From the human T2T-CHM13v2.0 reference genome, Homo sapiens: a DNA stretch of 64,000 nucleotides. Made by a program: the position numbers and the translations under genes. The notes below the pieces were generated by a model. It ran no database searches and had not been told where the DNA came from. It saw only the letters and a list, made by a program, of their open reading frames with translations. Shown here in pieces: positions 1 to 13,269 of this stretch (position 1 is the first letter of the stretch; every line of letters begins with the position of its first letter). Where the stretch lies: the NCBI RefSeq assembly GCF_009914755.1, contig NC_060934.1; one strand, written 5' to 3'.

Positions 1-214
1 GTATACCTTGCATTAAGTATACTTAATGCAAGCAAATAAGAGAGACGATATTATAGGAACAACTTTGAATTCACTCTTAAAATACAAAACCATTTCCCAA
101 ACTTATATTAAATGTAATCTGTAACAAATTGCTTCCAAAACACTTCCCAACCAATCACAATATACTCAAGCAACCCACTATCAGGGCTAGGAACTGTTCA
201 TCTCACCCAACACT

Positions 215-282
215 TTCATTTTCCTGGAGAAATGGAGACCCAAAAAGGCCAAACAGCTCACCAAAGGTGACATAGCAACTTG
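215..282 (-). mobile_element. MIR fragment
   Basis: Degenerate match to the MIR core in reverse (ttttc..gagaaatggagacccaaaaagg..ccaaaggtgacatagc). Confidence 0.5.
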
Positions 283-851
283 ACTGTGCGTTTCTCCTCG
301 TAGCTAGCTCACTTTGTTCTAGCCAAGTTTTTAGCACAGATAGAAAAAAGAAAATGGGAGGCACGTAGAGGATGTCTCATCATTGCTTATATCAGTCTTC
401 AGACTTCGCCTTCTGGCTCCAGTTTAAATCACTTTATGCAGGATGGCTGAAGCCTGTGACTTCCATAAGCAATTCTGTTTGTAACTCTGAATTTGAAGGC
501 TGATACTGGGACCCATTTAGCCCGCCGGACAAACTGAATGACTGTTCAGTGTATAGAGATTAGGATGTAATACAATATCCATGTCAGAGCATAGATCATG
601 GGCAGAAGAGGAAGAGAATCAGTGCTTTGATATTGCCATTAAGTGGCTCAGATTGATTGGTATTTAACCCTCCTTGGATAGAAAGACCAATGGTGAATCC
701 ATCAAGAGGCCTGAATTATCATTTTCAAGTGAGTGGTTTCTTCTCTCTGTGTCTCAAACAAGGGTCCTAAACAGTCCTCAAAAGTAGCCAAGATCAAATG
801 TCAAAATTGGCACATAAGGAATTTATAAGTGCAATTAACTAATATCTTTAG

Positions 852-1497
<646 letters not shown>

Positions 1498-2644
1498 TAA
1501 AACCTTGAGTTACAGCAGAATAACCTCCCTGAGACATTAGAAGAAGAAATAGGGAGCACTGCTGGGAGATGCCCAACTGTAGCCTAAAGGGCTGCAGTGG
1601 TATCTATAGGGGAGAAAGTAAACTGGGAATAGAACAGGAAGAAAGCAAAGAGGATCCTAGGCAATTGCTTTTAATGAAGCAAAATGTCAGAGGGCTGAAC
1701 ATTTTGATATGTTGAGGTATTTTTCTTAATGCAAATAGCTGACTCATATGTAAATTAAATCAGAAGGGTGATTTGAGGTCTGTCAAAAAATCCCTCAAAA
1801 CCACTTACCTCCTTATAAGTATTCCTATTATTTCTTTTAGGCTGTAAATGTGCCTGCCCTTCCCACAACTCTGTAAGAAACAGTCTCAAATGTTCATGTT
1901 ATCTGCAGTATTACTATGATTGACTGGATAAATAGTGGACACTCGATCCAAGACCAGGCAATCTATTGTCTAGCCAGCACCCAATTAAAATACTTCCTGA
2001 AGAATTTAAATAAAGAGAAATCCCAGCTGTACTCAGTGGGTAGAACGTAATCTAACTAAAGGGCCAAGTGGATGGATGGACTCTGATTGAGCTTGCCATT
2101 TTGATGCAGACAAATGTATAAATAGACTGATGTGCAGAAAAAGAATGGAGCAACATAGAGAAAGAGGCAGACACATTAAGATCCTGTGGTCCGAGAAAGT
2201 GAGAAAGCCACAGGGAGAGTAGCTGTCTTAGGTAACTGATGGCACAGCAATCCGCAGTCACAATTTGGTTGATATACCTCTAAGTACTTTGTCTCCATGT
2301 GGTTTCTGTAACCTTTTGTCAAACATCCTTTTGTCAAGTTTTGGCTAGGACAGCACTCTTAGTTATTCCCTTATGTTATTCCTCCTATTTTCAGAAGACC
2401 CCTATGTGGGCAGAATTGTCTTCTAGAGAAAAATACAACTCTGGAAAAAGAATGCTAAGAACAAACAATCAAATTCTACTCTAAAATAAAATGCATGTGC
2501 ATATTCACATCTGTCATTTGCATATAAAACAGTATAAAATATTAGATTCATTGGCATTAAATCAGACAAGCTTAACTGTTGGCTTTGAGAACCCTACAGT
2601 TAGCTTCACCATAAATAACAACGGCTCATAATAATCTAAACCCC

Positions 2645-2780
2645 ACTGACATATATAATCTTTACATAAAGATATGTATATCTTCATATATGTATATCTA
2701 ACTATATATAAATCTAACTATATATAAATCTGAGATATAAAGGTATATATAATATATAAATATTATATATGTATATCTCT
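2645..2780. repeat. AT-rich low complexity with a 16-bp tandem duplication
   Basis: atctaactatatataa repeated twice within TA-rich sequence. Confidence 0.75.
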
Positions 2781-3844
2781 TTACTTATCTTCTTTTTCCC
2801 TCAAAATAATGAAGAATATTCTGAATTTTACCTAAGGGAATAGCAGTGATATCTATGTTTATACAAGATAAATTCTATATGAGAAAAGTTGAACAGGCAA
2901 AATAAAGACAATTTCATCATTTTTACAAAATACAAAGAAAAGTAAATCATTTTCTCCCTGAACCTTCAGTGGAAGGCAAGATTCAAAAAGAAAAAATACA
3001 GTGTGAAGAGAACATTTTTAAATGATTTTTGGCTACAACTTACATTTAAAAAAAAAAAGAAAGAAAAAAACATAACCAGAGACCTAGATTATCAGGCTGG
3101 TATCTTTACATTTTACACGAAGACCCAAAGATAATCACTCTAATAAAATCATATGTAAATAACATATTCAAAACTATACTCAAAATACCATCATACCAAC
3201 AAAATAAACAGTAAGAATTTATTTTTTTTCATCCAAAGAGTAAAAATCTATAGAATGAAATAAACATTAAAAAGCTGGCAATAGCATTCTACACAGACCA
3301 TAGCAGTCTGACAGGCTGTCATTGTTTATGCAGCGCAAACCCTGCTATCAAGATAGTTTAATGCAAAGCAGTCCTTTCCAGAGAACCTGGAAAACTGTAA
3401 TGACAATTCAAACCAGCTTTTTAAAAAAACAATAAAAAGAAAGTGTTAAGGATTTTCAGTGTATTCTCACCTTTAAAGACATTTCTCTTGTTTCAACAGA
3501 AGAGATGCCTTTGTGGTTGATTTCACAGCTTACTTTAGTAAGTTTCTTTCGTAGATGAACAGAGCTTTGAATTACTGTAATAAAGACTGTAATAACAGCA
3601 CGTCCAGAAATAATTAAGTCTTGCCAACAGATCTTTCTGTAAAAGAGGGTGTTTATGTTAATTCTGGTTACAAGAATTCTGAGTGCAGAAAGGATTCATT
3701 CATTCATTATGGGTATGTATACATAAATAGTCCTGAATGGCATATTTAACTCTGAAACAGAAAATGACAAAAAGATTTGTGAGGAATGAGAAGCCCAAAT
3801 GCTGATGTGGAAACTGTATCTCTAGTATTTCATGGGTAAGCTTA

Positions 3845-4400
<556 letters not shown>

Positions 4401-5593
4401 CTGATGATGACAATGGTATTGACAACATCACTTTCACATGCCTTGGCATTGTGAATCCAGTAAGGATTTATATGGTTGTGTCTTTGCTCAAGTTCAGTCC
4501 CCACATTAATTTTACCATGTTTTCATTATTATCCCCCTGTGTTCCACAAGTTCTTTCCCATGATATTTAGTATGGGGCAGCCATTGTTTCTTTGTATATA
4601 GTACTTAATCTTTAAACTACAAATTCTTTGTACATAATTCTTAGTTTTTAAACCTACAAACACATGAAGTTCTCTTTAAATAGAGTGCCTAAAATAGTTT
4701 TCTTCCCCTATCATACTCTGTAAATGTGACCTGCTCTCTTTACTTGCTAGTATAGGAATGACCTGTATTTGTCAGCAGTTCTTTAAACCTAACACCACTT
4801 TTTGTGTTCTTTGGCATGTCAGGACTTTAGTGGACAGTCACATTTCAATTAGAGTCCAACTGAATACAAATTCTCTAATTGTGCAAAACCATGATACTTC
4901 CTATGTAACACCATTGAACACTACTCCTGACCATTAAATTATGTCATGGTTACTACTGCTCATCCTACACTAGCAAGCATTAGGTTCAAATGGTGGACAA
5001 GAAGAGCTTGTTAAGCTAAATTAAATTAGATTATAAAGATAGCACGGAAGAGTAATGTTTCAGAATGCCTTTGTACAGTCTGTTCCAGCATACTGAGACC
5101 ATGTCTGGTGCTGCATGATGAAGCTTCCTTCATCTGGAAGCACCTAGACATGAAAAACATTTCGCAGGAAAGCATGATGTTACATGATTTAGTCTAGTCT
5201 ATTCTCAAAAGTTACAAACTGAAAGGAACAAAAACATGAGCAGTTTTCAGTCTTACATCTTACTCTATCTAATGTTACATGAATTTTTACATGTTTACTA
5301 CCCTGTAATTAGTCTATTCATAAATAACTAAGCCCATCTCTCTACTCAAATGAGAAAGTAAATGTTTTCATGTAATGTCATCATTTTGCATCATCTTGGC
5401 TTCAAAAGCAGGTCAGTTTTCCACCAAGAGAAGAGTCTTGACATCATACCCATGAAGCTTAACCACTGGTGAACCATGGATATGGTCCCCTCTACTCTGA
5501 TGTATGAATTGCTTAAAGGAGGGGACCTCAGCAGCTGATGGTTGAAAATCAATTCAGGTAATATCCAATTATTCCTCAAGATTATGCTAGACT

Positions 5594-5880
5594 AGCCAGG
5601 CTCAGTGGCTTGCGCCTGTAATCCCAACATTTTGGGAGGCCAGCGCAGGAGGATCACTTGAGCCCAGGAATTCAAGACCAGCCTGGGAAACAAAGTGAGA
5701 CCTCATCCCTTTAAGAAGTTAAAAATTTAGCCGGGCATGGTGGCATGCACCTATAGTCCCTGCTACTCAGAAGGCTGTGGTGAAAGGATTGCTTGAGCCT
5801 AGGAGATTGAGGCTACAGTGAGCTATGTTTGCACCACTGTACTCCAGCCTGAGTGAAAGAGCAGGATTCTGTCAAACAAT
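5594..5880 (+). mobile_element. AluJ (Jo/Jr-like)
   Basis: J diagnostics 'cacttgagcccagg' and 'gaggctacagtgagctatg'. Confidence 0.9.
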
Positions 5881-5992
5881 ATATAACATATGTTTGACAT
5901 ATATATATATGTGTGTGTATATATGTGTGTGTATATATATGTATATATGTATATGTATATATGTATATATATGTGTGTGTGTATATATATAT
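5880..5992. repeat. (TA)n/(TG)n compound microsatellite in the Alu tail
   Basis: Directly visible. Confidence 0.95.
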
Positions 5993-6033
5993 TTGACCCC
6001 CAAGTCTTATCCAAACACAACATATATATATAT

Positions 6034-6279
6034 ACCTACCACAAGTCAACCATCAGGCAAGAATTATTCATGTTCCTCCTATATAAGAAATATGCTTATC
6101 TCCCTTTAGTGACCCCCAAGTCTTATTCAAACACAACATCAGGTTGGAAGCCCATATAATAGGTATAAACCACAGATCTTCTTGATCCAGAAACCTATGA
6201 ATAAAGAAGGCAATATAGCTACCTCACACACACACAGCATGCAGTCGTGAAACAGGGACAGGATAATTACAATAAACAT
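6034..6279 (+). repeat. Local direct duplicate of 8396-8639
   Basis: ~245 bp at ~94% identity by manual count; an extra 29-bp partial copy lies at 5994-6022. Confidence 0.95.
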
Positions 6280-6890
6280 ATATACAACGTATGTCTTAAA
6301 CAGAAAGTAAAACAATTTGTTCGAAAAAGAAAAAACTATCTACTTTGTCTAGATGTGTGATTCCTGTTTTATACTCAGCTCAGTCATTTGCCTCTGCTTA
6401 GAGAGGTTGAAAGAGACCTTCATAAAAAAAGGCCTAGAAAAACTCAATGACCACCCTTAACCTGATCTTAGGCCAAAGACGGCAGGAATCCAGGACAGTG
6501 GGCCCATGCCAGAAAGACCATAGTTTTTATGCCATCTTCTCTGACTGATCAAGTAAGTCAGGTCCAGTGGGAGCACCTCATATCACATAGCATGAGCATA
6601 ACTGAGTACAACATCGTTTCTGATCTAAACTAGTAAGCAGGCACCACCCAACACATAGGTTGTTGAACAGAAAGAAAACACTGGCAGTGTCCAAGAAAGT
6701 AAAAGAAGAGGAAAATTCAGTGAGTAAAAAAATAAATATTACAAGTCTATGTTGCAGCCATATCCCAGAGGTCTAGTGGCAAAGCCAATGTTTTCAAATC
6801 TAAACTACTACCCAAACATACTTTCTAGTGCATCAGTGGTTAATTTGGTTGGCTTTTGCCAGCCTTCACAGGTCATTAAAACTCAGTTTC

Positions 6891-7040
6891 TCAAGAGGCT
6901 GAAGCAGGAGAATTGCTTGAGGCCAAGACTTCAAGGCTACAGTAAACTATGATCACACCACTGCACTTCAGCCTGGGTGACAGAGCAAGACCCCAATTCT
7001 AAATTAAATTAAATTAAATTAAAATAATAAAGTAAAATAA
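6891..7040 (+). mobile_element. Alu monomer (FLAM/AluJ right-arm fragment)
   Basis: gaggctgaagcaggagaattgcttgagg..cagcctgggtgacagagcaagacc with a (TAAAT)n tail; TSD-like aaaactcagttt / aaaatctcagttt. Confidence 0.85.
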
Positions 7041-7599
7041 AAATCTCAGTTTTCTTGTCTATGAAATGAAAGAGACTAGAAGATATACAACATATAATTA
7101 TATATTTTCTACTATATATTAAAATATAGGATTATATATAATATTCAATTCATTAAATTTACCCTCTAAGACAGTAAGTCTCAAGATAAAGCTGAGAAGA
7201 AACAATATTCATTTTTAGATTCTGCCCACCTCTTCACACTGTGCCCAACTCCTCCTGGAATACCCATCTGCACATGACCCAACTCTGTGTAATCCTTCAT
7301 CCAATGGGCTTTTCTGATGAATGTATACGTAATACCTGCTGATGATGCCTTAATATGTTACTGTTTTCATGGGGTGTTTGTATTTTAGTGAAAGACTATA
7401 AGAAATACAGTGTCTTTGTCCAAATGGTAGAATTTCAAGCCCAGTCGTACATCAACAGGAAAAAAAAATTGAGTGTTGGAGGGATTGCTTTTCAACTGCA
7501 CAGCCTTGATAGTTGCGCACTGCACATGCCTTAAGAATTACAGTTGGTTAGTTTTCTCAGAATTTACAAAAAGACTGTTCTAAACTCCTGGGACATTCC

Positions 7600-8404
7600 T
7601 TTTATCAGCCACAATTGCTGTATAACAATCAAACACAAGTACCAATAACATACAATAAAAAACATGTATTTTTCACACTTTGAAATATTCTGCTGATCTA
7701 CGCTAAATGTGGATGATCTCAGCTGGACTTCGCACTTATCTCCAGTTTGGCTAACTCATTCGTGTGTGTTTAGGTTGGCTATGCACAATGCAATTTCATC
7801 ATTCCTAGAACCAGTGAATAAACTTGATGTGACCTTCTCATAGTGATGGCAGAGATGAAGGAGCGCAAGTACATAGACAAAAATCTCTAAAAGGCCAAGC
7901 TCAGAAGTGACACACAGGCATTTCAACCACATGTATTGGCCAAAGAAAGTCACGTGACCAAGCCCAGAGTCAGAATAGGAGTTGGATAGTGGAAGGAGTA
8001 AAGAACTGGAATCCTGTCTCAGTCTGTTCAGGCTGCAATAACAAAATACCTCGTTAGCTTATAAACAACAGAATTTTATTTTTCACAGTTTTGAAGGCTA
8101 GAAAGTCTAAAATCAGGGTGCCAGCATGGTCAAGTTCCAGTGAGAGCCCTCTTCCAGATTGCAGACTGCAGACATCTCACTGTGTCCTCACATGGTAAAA
8201 GGGGCAAGGCAGCCTTCTGGGGACTCTTTTACAAAGACACTAATTCCACACATGATGGAACATTCCTTATGACCCAAATCACCTCCCAATAGTCCCTAGC
8301 TCCTCCTACCATCACCTTGAGGGTTAAGATTTCAACATATTAATTTGCGGGGCAGGGGGACACAAACATTCAGACCATAGCAAGTCACTAATACAACCTA
8401 CCAC
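7600..8404 (-). mobile_element. Old MLT1 (I/J-like) MaLR LTR, interrupted by MLT1A0
   Basis: attgctgtataacaa.. at the left end, attggccaaagaaagtcacgtgacc internally, and ..cctaccaca at the right end. Confidence 0.65.
8015..8382 (-). mobile_element. MLT1A0-like solo LTR
   Basis: tgtctcagtctgttcaggctgc..aacattcagaccatagca, with TG..CA termini. Confidence 0.85.
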
Positions 8405-9835
8405 AAGTCCACCATGAGGCGAGAATTATTCATGTTCCTCCTACATAAGAAATATGCTCATCTCCATCCAGTGACCCCCAAGTCTCATCCAAACACAATA
8501 TCAGGTTGGAAGCCCATATAATAGGTATAAACCACAGATCTTCTTGATCCAGAAACCTATGAATGAAGAAGGCAATATAGCTACCTCACACACACAGCAT
8601 GCAGTTGTGAAACAGGGACAAGATAATTACAATAAACATTCCAACTCAAAAAGCAGAAAATGAGAGGCACATAACAGTCACTGATCTATAGCATGTCTGA
8701 AATCCTGCTGGGAAAATGTTTCCAGGTCCTTCCATTTTTGAAATTGTAAATATTTCTTGATTTTACTCTGTCTCTGTTCCCTGAATGTGGCTCAACAGTT
8801 CATTTTTTAAAACTGTTATTATTTATTAGAGACAGTCTCCCTCTGACACCCAGATTGATCATAGCTCACTGAAGCTTTGAACTGCTGGCCTCAAGTGATC
8901 CTCCTGCATCAGCCTCCAAGTAGCCAGGACTACAGGTGCACACCACCATATCCAGTTATTTTTTTTTCGAGAGACAATGTCTCACTATGTTGCTCAGGCT
9001 GATCTTGAACTCCTGGCTTCCAGCAATCCTCCCACCTTGGCCTCCCAAAATACTGTGATTACAGATGTGCGCTACCACATGTGGCCTCAGTTCAGTGTTA
9101 CCGATGAATCTTGGTTCCACCTTCTACAAAATCCTTCCTTTCCATCAACTGCCTTGGCCACTTCTAAAGAGCTCACTGGAACATAGGTTGAGAAAAAATT
9201 TTAGCCTGATTATTGGTCATAAAAATTGGAAGCCCAAAGGCCTTCTAACATTTTATATTGCTCTATCTCTTTTATTTCAGACAAATGGCCCTTATGCTAC
9301 TACAGCCTTCTCAAAAATGTTGTGGGTTTCTAATATCCTTCATTATTTTATTCCCTGTATCTAAAGCCATTCTGTAAGAACAATTCTACATATCTCCAGC
9401 CTTTGGAGGGATTGTTATGTCAGACTGCTGTGGGCCATGACCTTAAGATTCCTAAAAGTCCTAGGGTATAGAAGAGAGGATAGATTGGGTATCAACCTGA
9501 TTCTTTCAGAAGTCTTAGTGAAAGGTCATGTGGCTACTTTCTTGATTTGGACTTTACTCTGAGACCATTACTTATTGGCAGCAATTGACCATTACCTCCT
9601 TCCCCCAAACTTTACCTCACTCAGAATCTGTTACTGACTGCAGAAACTAGACATGAGAAACAATTTTATTTTCCAATACTACAAGTGATTATTTTACAAA
9701 CCAACTCACCATTTTTTAAGTCTCCTATAATAGTTTTCTCACCATTTTTCCAGTGTCCTACCACCACTCAGTTCTAAAGCAATGCCACATATTTCAGGTG
9801 TTTTTTGAAGTACCCCATTTCTGGATACCAATTTC
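8405..9835 (-). mobile_element. MLT1 internal region (MaLR-int), degenerate
   Basis: Lies between two MLT1 LTR remnants and ends in the typical int/LTR junction 'ccccatttctggataccaatttc|tgtatt'. Confidence 0.6.
8815..9086 (-). mobile_element. AluJ with small internal deletions
   Basis: gatcatagctcactg..tcaagtgatcctcctgc..cttggcctcccaaaa. Confidence 0.88.
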
Positions 9836-10024
9836 TGTATTGGTTCCCTCTGATTGTATAGTAGACCACCCAAAAAATTCATTGGCTTAAAATAACAACT
9901 GCTTATTCTCACAATTTTTCTCTTGGCTGGCTGGATCTGCTGATCACAGCTAAGCTTATTCATTGTCTAGGGGTCATCTGTTGAGGCTAAGAAGCTTAGG
10001 GGTGAAATAACTGGGCTTGAAGAA
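9836..10024 (-). mobile_element. MLT1 LTR 3' portion
   Basis: tgtattgg..accacccaaaaaattcattggcttaaaataacaac. Confidence 0.6.
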
Positions 10025-10322
10025 TGTGGTATATTATACTAATGGCCCCCATGTCCACATCCCTTTCCATGTAATTGAATAGTTCTTCTATTGGGTCATA
10101 TAACTTACTTTGGCCAATAGAAGTTGAAGTAACAATGTACAAGTCTGAGCCTGTGATTCCAAAAGCTTTGGGTATTTCTGCTCGCTATCTTGTGCTTCAT
10201 CATTCCCATGAATAAAACATGCTACAGGTGACCCACTGGTCCTAGAGGAAGATGAGACATGTGGAAGATGAGAGGAAGATGAGAGACCCTAAGTGACCCC
10301 AGCTGAGCCCAGACTTGGTTAG
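10025..10322 (+). mobile_element. MLT1 (H/I-like) LTR 5' portion
   Basis: tgtggt..acttactttggccaatagaa..gaccccagctgagcccag. Confidence 0.6.
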
Positions 10323-10324
10323 TC

Positions 10325-10775
10325 ATTCCACACCCAAAGATGTCCATGCCCTAGTCCCCAAAATCGGTGAATGTGTTGGCATATATGACAAAAGGGGAAT
10401 TACGGATGTGATTAAGATAATGGATCTCAATCCTTGAGAGAGGGAGATCATCCGTGATTATTCAGGTGCAATTTAATCACAGGAGTCCTTTAAAGCTGAG
10501 AAACTTTTCCAGCTGCACTTAGAAATGTGACAACAAAAGAAGGGTCAGAGAGATGGAACACAGAAGGATTTGACCTGCTGTTGTGGCTTCAAATGGGGAA
10601 ATGAATCCTCTCATAAAGCCTCCAGAAAGGAACACAGCCCTGCTGACACCTTGATTTTAGCCCAGTGAGACCCATGGCAGACTCCTTTAAGATAACACAC
10701 TATAAGACAAATATTTGTGTTGTTTAGCCTACTAAACTTGTGCTAAGTTACTATGACAGCAAGTATATGAATACA
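10325..10775 (+). mobile_element. MLT1D-like LTR
   Basis: cccaaagatgtccatgccct..gcctccagaaaggaacacagccctgctgacaccttgattttagccc..aataca. Confidence 0.8.
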
Positions 10776-11394
10776 TTTCCATATTTTCCTGAAGCCTAAA
10801 AATTTGGATTTATTGAGTTGCCTTTGTAAATGGTTGATTGACCATTTTATGAATCACTTTCCTGTAAATATCAAACTTGTTTTTAAATTTTTTCACATCA
10901 TTTTTATTTGCTATTTTTACCGATATTTATCCCATGATTCTTTAAAAGCATAGAAAATTATAAAATGAAAAAACTAATTTTCCAACTTCCAATTTTGGCA
11001 CTCAAAACAAACCATTATTTACAATTTATTTCTATTTGTCTATGCATCTATATATGCAAGAATATGTGTGTGTTTGTGTACATATACCTATTTATATCAT
11101 TTGTATTTACATAAACAAAACCATTCTATAAATGGGAACAGACTGTGGTAAGATTCTTACACTGTTCATGAAGTAGTATGAAGTACAGCCTACAATAACT
11201 TAGATGTACCACACTTTTATAACAAAATGGAAAAGAGGACTCACTTTATCAACATATACATATATATATCCCTCTTTTTTTAAAAAAATAGAATTTTGGT
11301 TTTTTATAAATTTTAAAAATTCCCCATTAACATGTGGATGTTTCTAGCTTTTCCTATAATAAATAATATTACAATCATTGTCTTTTACATTTAA

Positions 11395-11945
11395 ATAGGG
11401 CAGAACAATTATTTGAAAATGTATTTAAAGAAATTATAGCTGAAAATTCTTCAAAATTGATGAAAGGTATCAATCCACAAGCTTTTTGAGCTCTACAATC
11501 TCAAAACAGAATAAACACAAAAAATATCACACCTATTCAAGCATAATATTCAGACTGCTGAGGGAAAAAAACAAAAGATAAACAGCAAATTTTAAAAGCA
11601 GATTTGCTGCTTTTAAACAGAGTCCAAAAAAGGACACATTATATCCAGGGTAAAGTCTATGTAAATAATAGCCAACTTGTCATCTGAAACAAGGAAGGAC
11701 ATAGGAAAATGCAACAACGTCTTTAAAGTAACAAATGAAAAACAAAACGCTCAGCCTAGGATGCTATATCAAGAGAAAATATCCTTTAAAAGGAAAAATA
11801 AAATAAAGATGTTTTCAGAGTGACAACAGCAGACTGACTCTTCAGAGGATCTGCACTATGAGAAATGCTAAAAGATGTTCCTCAGGCTAAAGAGAAATGA
11901 TACCAGACATAACCTTAGGTCCACAGGAAGATATAGATATCACTG
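11395..11945 (+). mobile_element. Old L1M ORF1-region fragment
   Basis: gaaattatagctgaaaattcttcaaaattgatgaa (ENFP-like region) and aaaatatcctttaaaaggaa; heavily disrupted. Confidence 0.7.
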
Positions 11946-11947
11946 CA

Positions 11948-11950
<3 letters not shown>

Positions 11951-12002
<52 letters not shown>
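11951..12002. repeat. (TG)26 perfect microsatellite
   Basis: Directly visible. Confidence 0.97.
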
Positions 12003-12003
<1 letters not shown>

Positions 12004-12039
12004 ATGTGTGATTTTTTTTTTAGATTAGTTGCTTTAAAA

Positions 12040-12258
12040 CAAGCTTGTCCAACCTGTGGCCCATGGGCCACATGCAACCCAGGACGGCTTCGAATGGGGC
12101 CCGACACAAATTCATAAACTTTCTTAAAACATTATGAGATTTTTTGTAATTTTTTTTTAGTTCATCAGTTATCACTGATGTTAGTATCTTTTATTTGTGG
12201 CCCAAGACAGTTCTTTTCCCAATGTGGCCCAGGGAAGCCAAAAGATTGGACACTCCTG
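12040..12258 (-). mobile_element. MER30 (hAT-Charlie non-autonomous element)
   Basis: caagcttgtccaacc..gtggcccagggaagccaaaagattggacactcctg; partial 8-bp TSD ctttaaaa / ctttcaca. Confidence 0.85.
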
Positions 12259-12264
12259 CTTTCA

Positions 12265-13263
12265 CAGAAACTATCAACAGAGTAAACAGACAACCTATAG
12301 AATGAAAACTTTTTGCAAACTCTGCATCTGACAAAGGTCTAATAACTAGCATCTATAAGGAACTTAGACAAATTTACAAGAAAAAAACAACCCCATTAAA
12401 AAGTGGGCAAAGGACATGAACAGACATTTTTCAAAAGAAGGTATACTTGTGGAAAACAAACATATGAAAAAAGCTCAATATCCCTGATCATTAGAAAAAT
12501 GCAAATCAAAACCACAGTGAGATACCATCTCACACAAGTCAGAATGGCTATTATCAAAAAGTCAAAAAATAACAGGTCCTGGCAAGGTTGTAGAGAAAAA
12601 GGAATGCTTTTACACTGTTGGTGGGAGTTTAAATTAATTCAACTATTGTGGGAAACAGTGTGGTGATTCCTCAAACACCTAAAAACAGAACTACCATTCA
12701 ACCCAACAATCCCATTACTGGATATATACCCAAAGAAATATAAATCATTCTATTATGAAGACACATGCACACATATGTTCATTGCAGCACTATTCACAAT
12801 AGCAAAGACATGAAATCAACCTAAATGGCCATCAATGGTAGACTGTATAAACAAAATGTGATACATATACACCATGGAATGCTAGGCAGCCATAAAAAAG
12901 AATGAGATCATGTCCTTTGCAGGGACATGGATGGAGCTGGAGGCCATCATTCTTAGCAAACTAACAGGAACAGAAAACCAAATACCGCATGTTCTCACTT
13001 ATAAGTGAGAGCTAAATGACAAGAACACATGGACACAAAGAGGAGAACAACACACACTGGGGCACACTGAAGGGTGCAGGATGGAGGGTGCAGGATGGAG
13101 GGTGGGAGGAGGGAGACGATCGGAAAAATTAACTAACGGGTACTAGGCTTAATACCTGTGTGATGAAATAATCTGTACAACAAACCCCCATGACACGAGT
13201 TTACCTATACAACAAATCTGCACATGTACTCCTGAAATTAAGTTTAAAAATACATAAAAATAA
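12265..13263 (+). mobile_element. L1PA13-16-like 3' end (ORF2 C-terminus and 3' UTR)
   Basis: ORF2 tail homology (..HCWWE..); 3' UTR 'gaaataatctgtacaacaaacccccatgacacgag'; internal 14-bp tandem duplication near 13071-13102. Confidence 0.9.
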
Positions 13264-13269
13264 ATTTGA

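Noticed and set aside
5813-6159. ORFs rich in Y/I/C/V/T/H (also 28673-29070, 31630, 60092-60425)
   Set aside because: Artefacts of stop-free dinucleotide microsatellites
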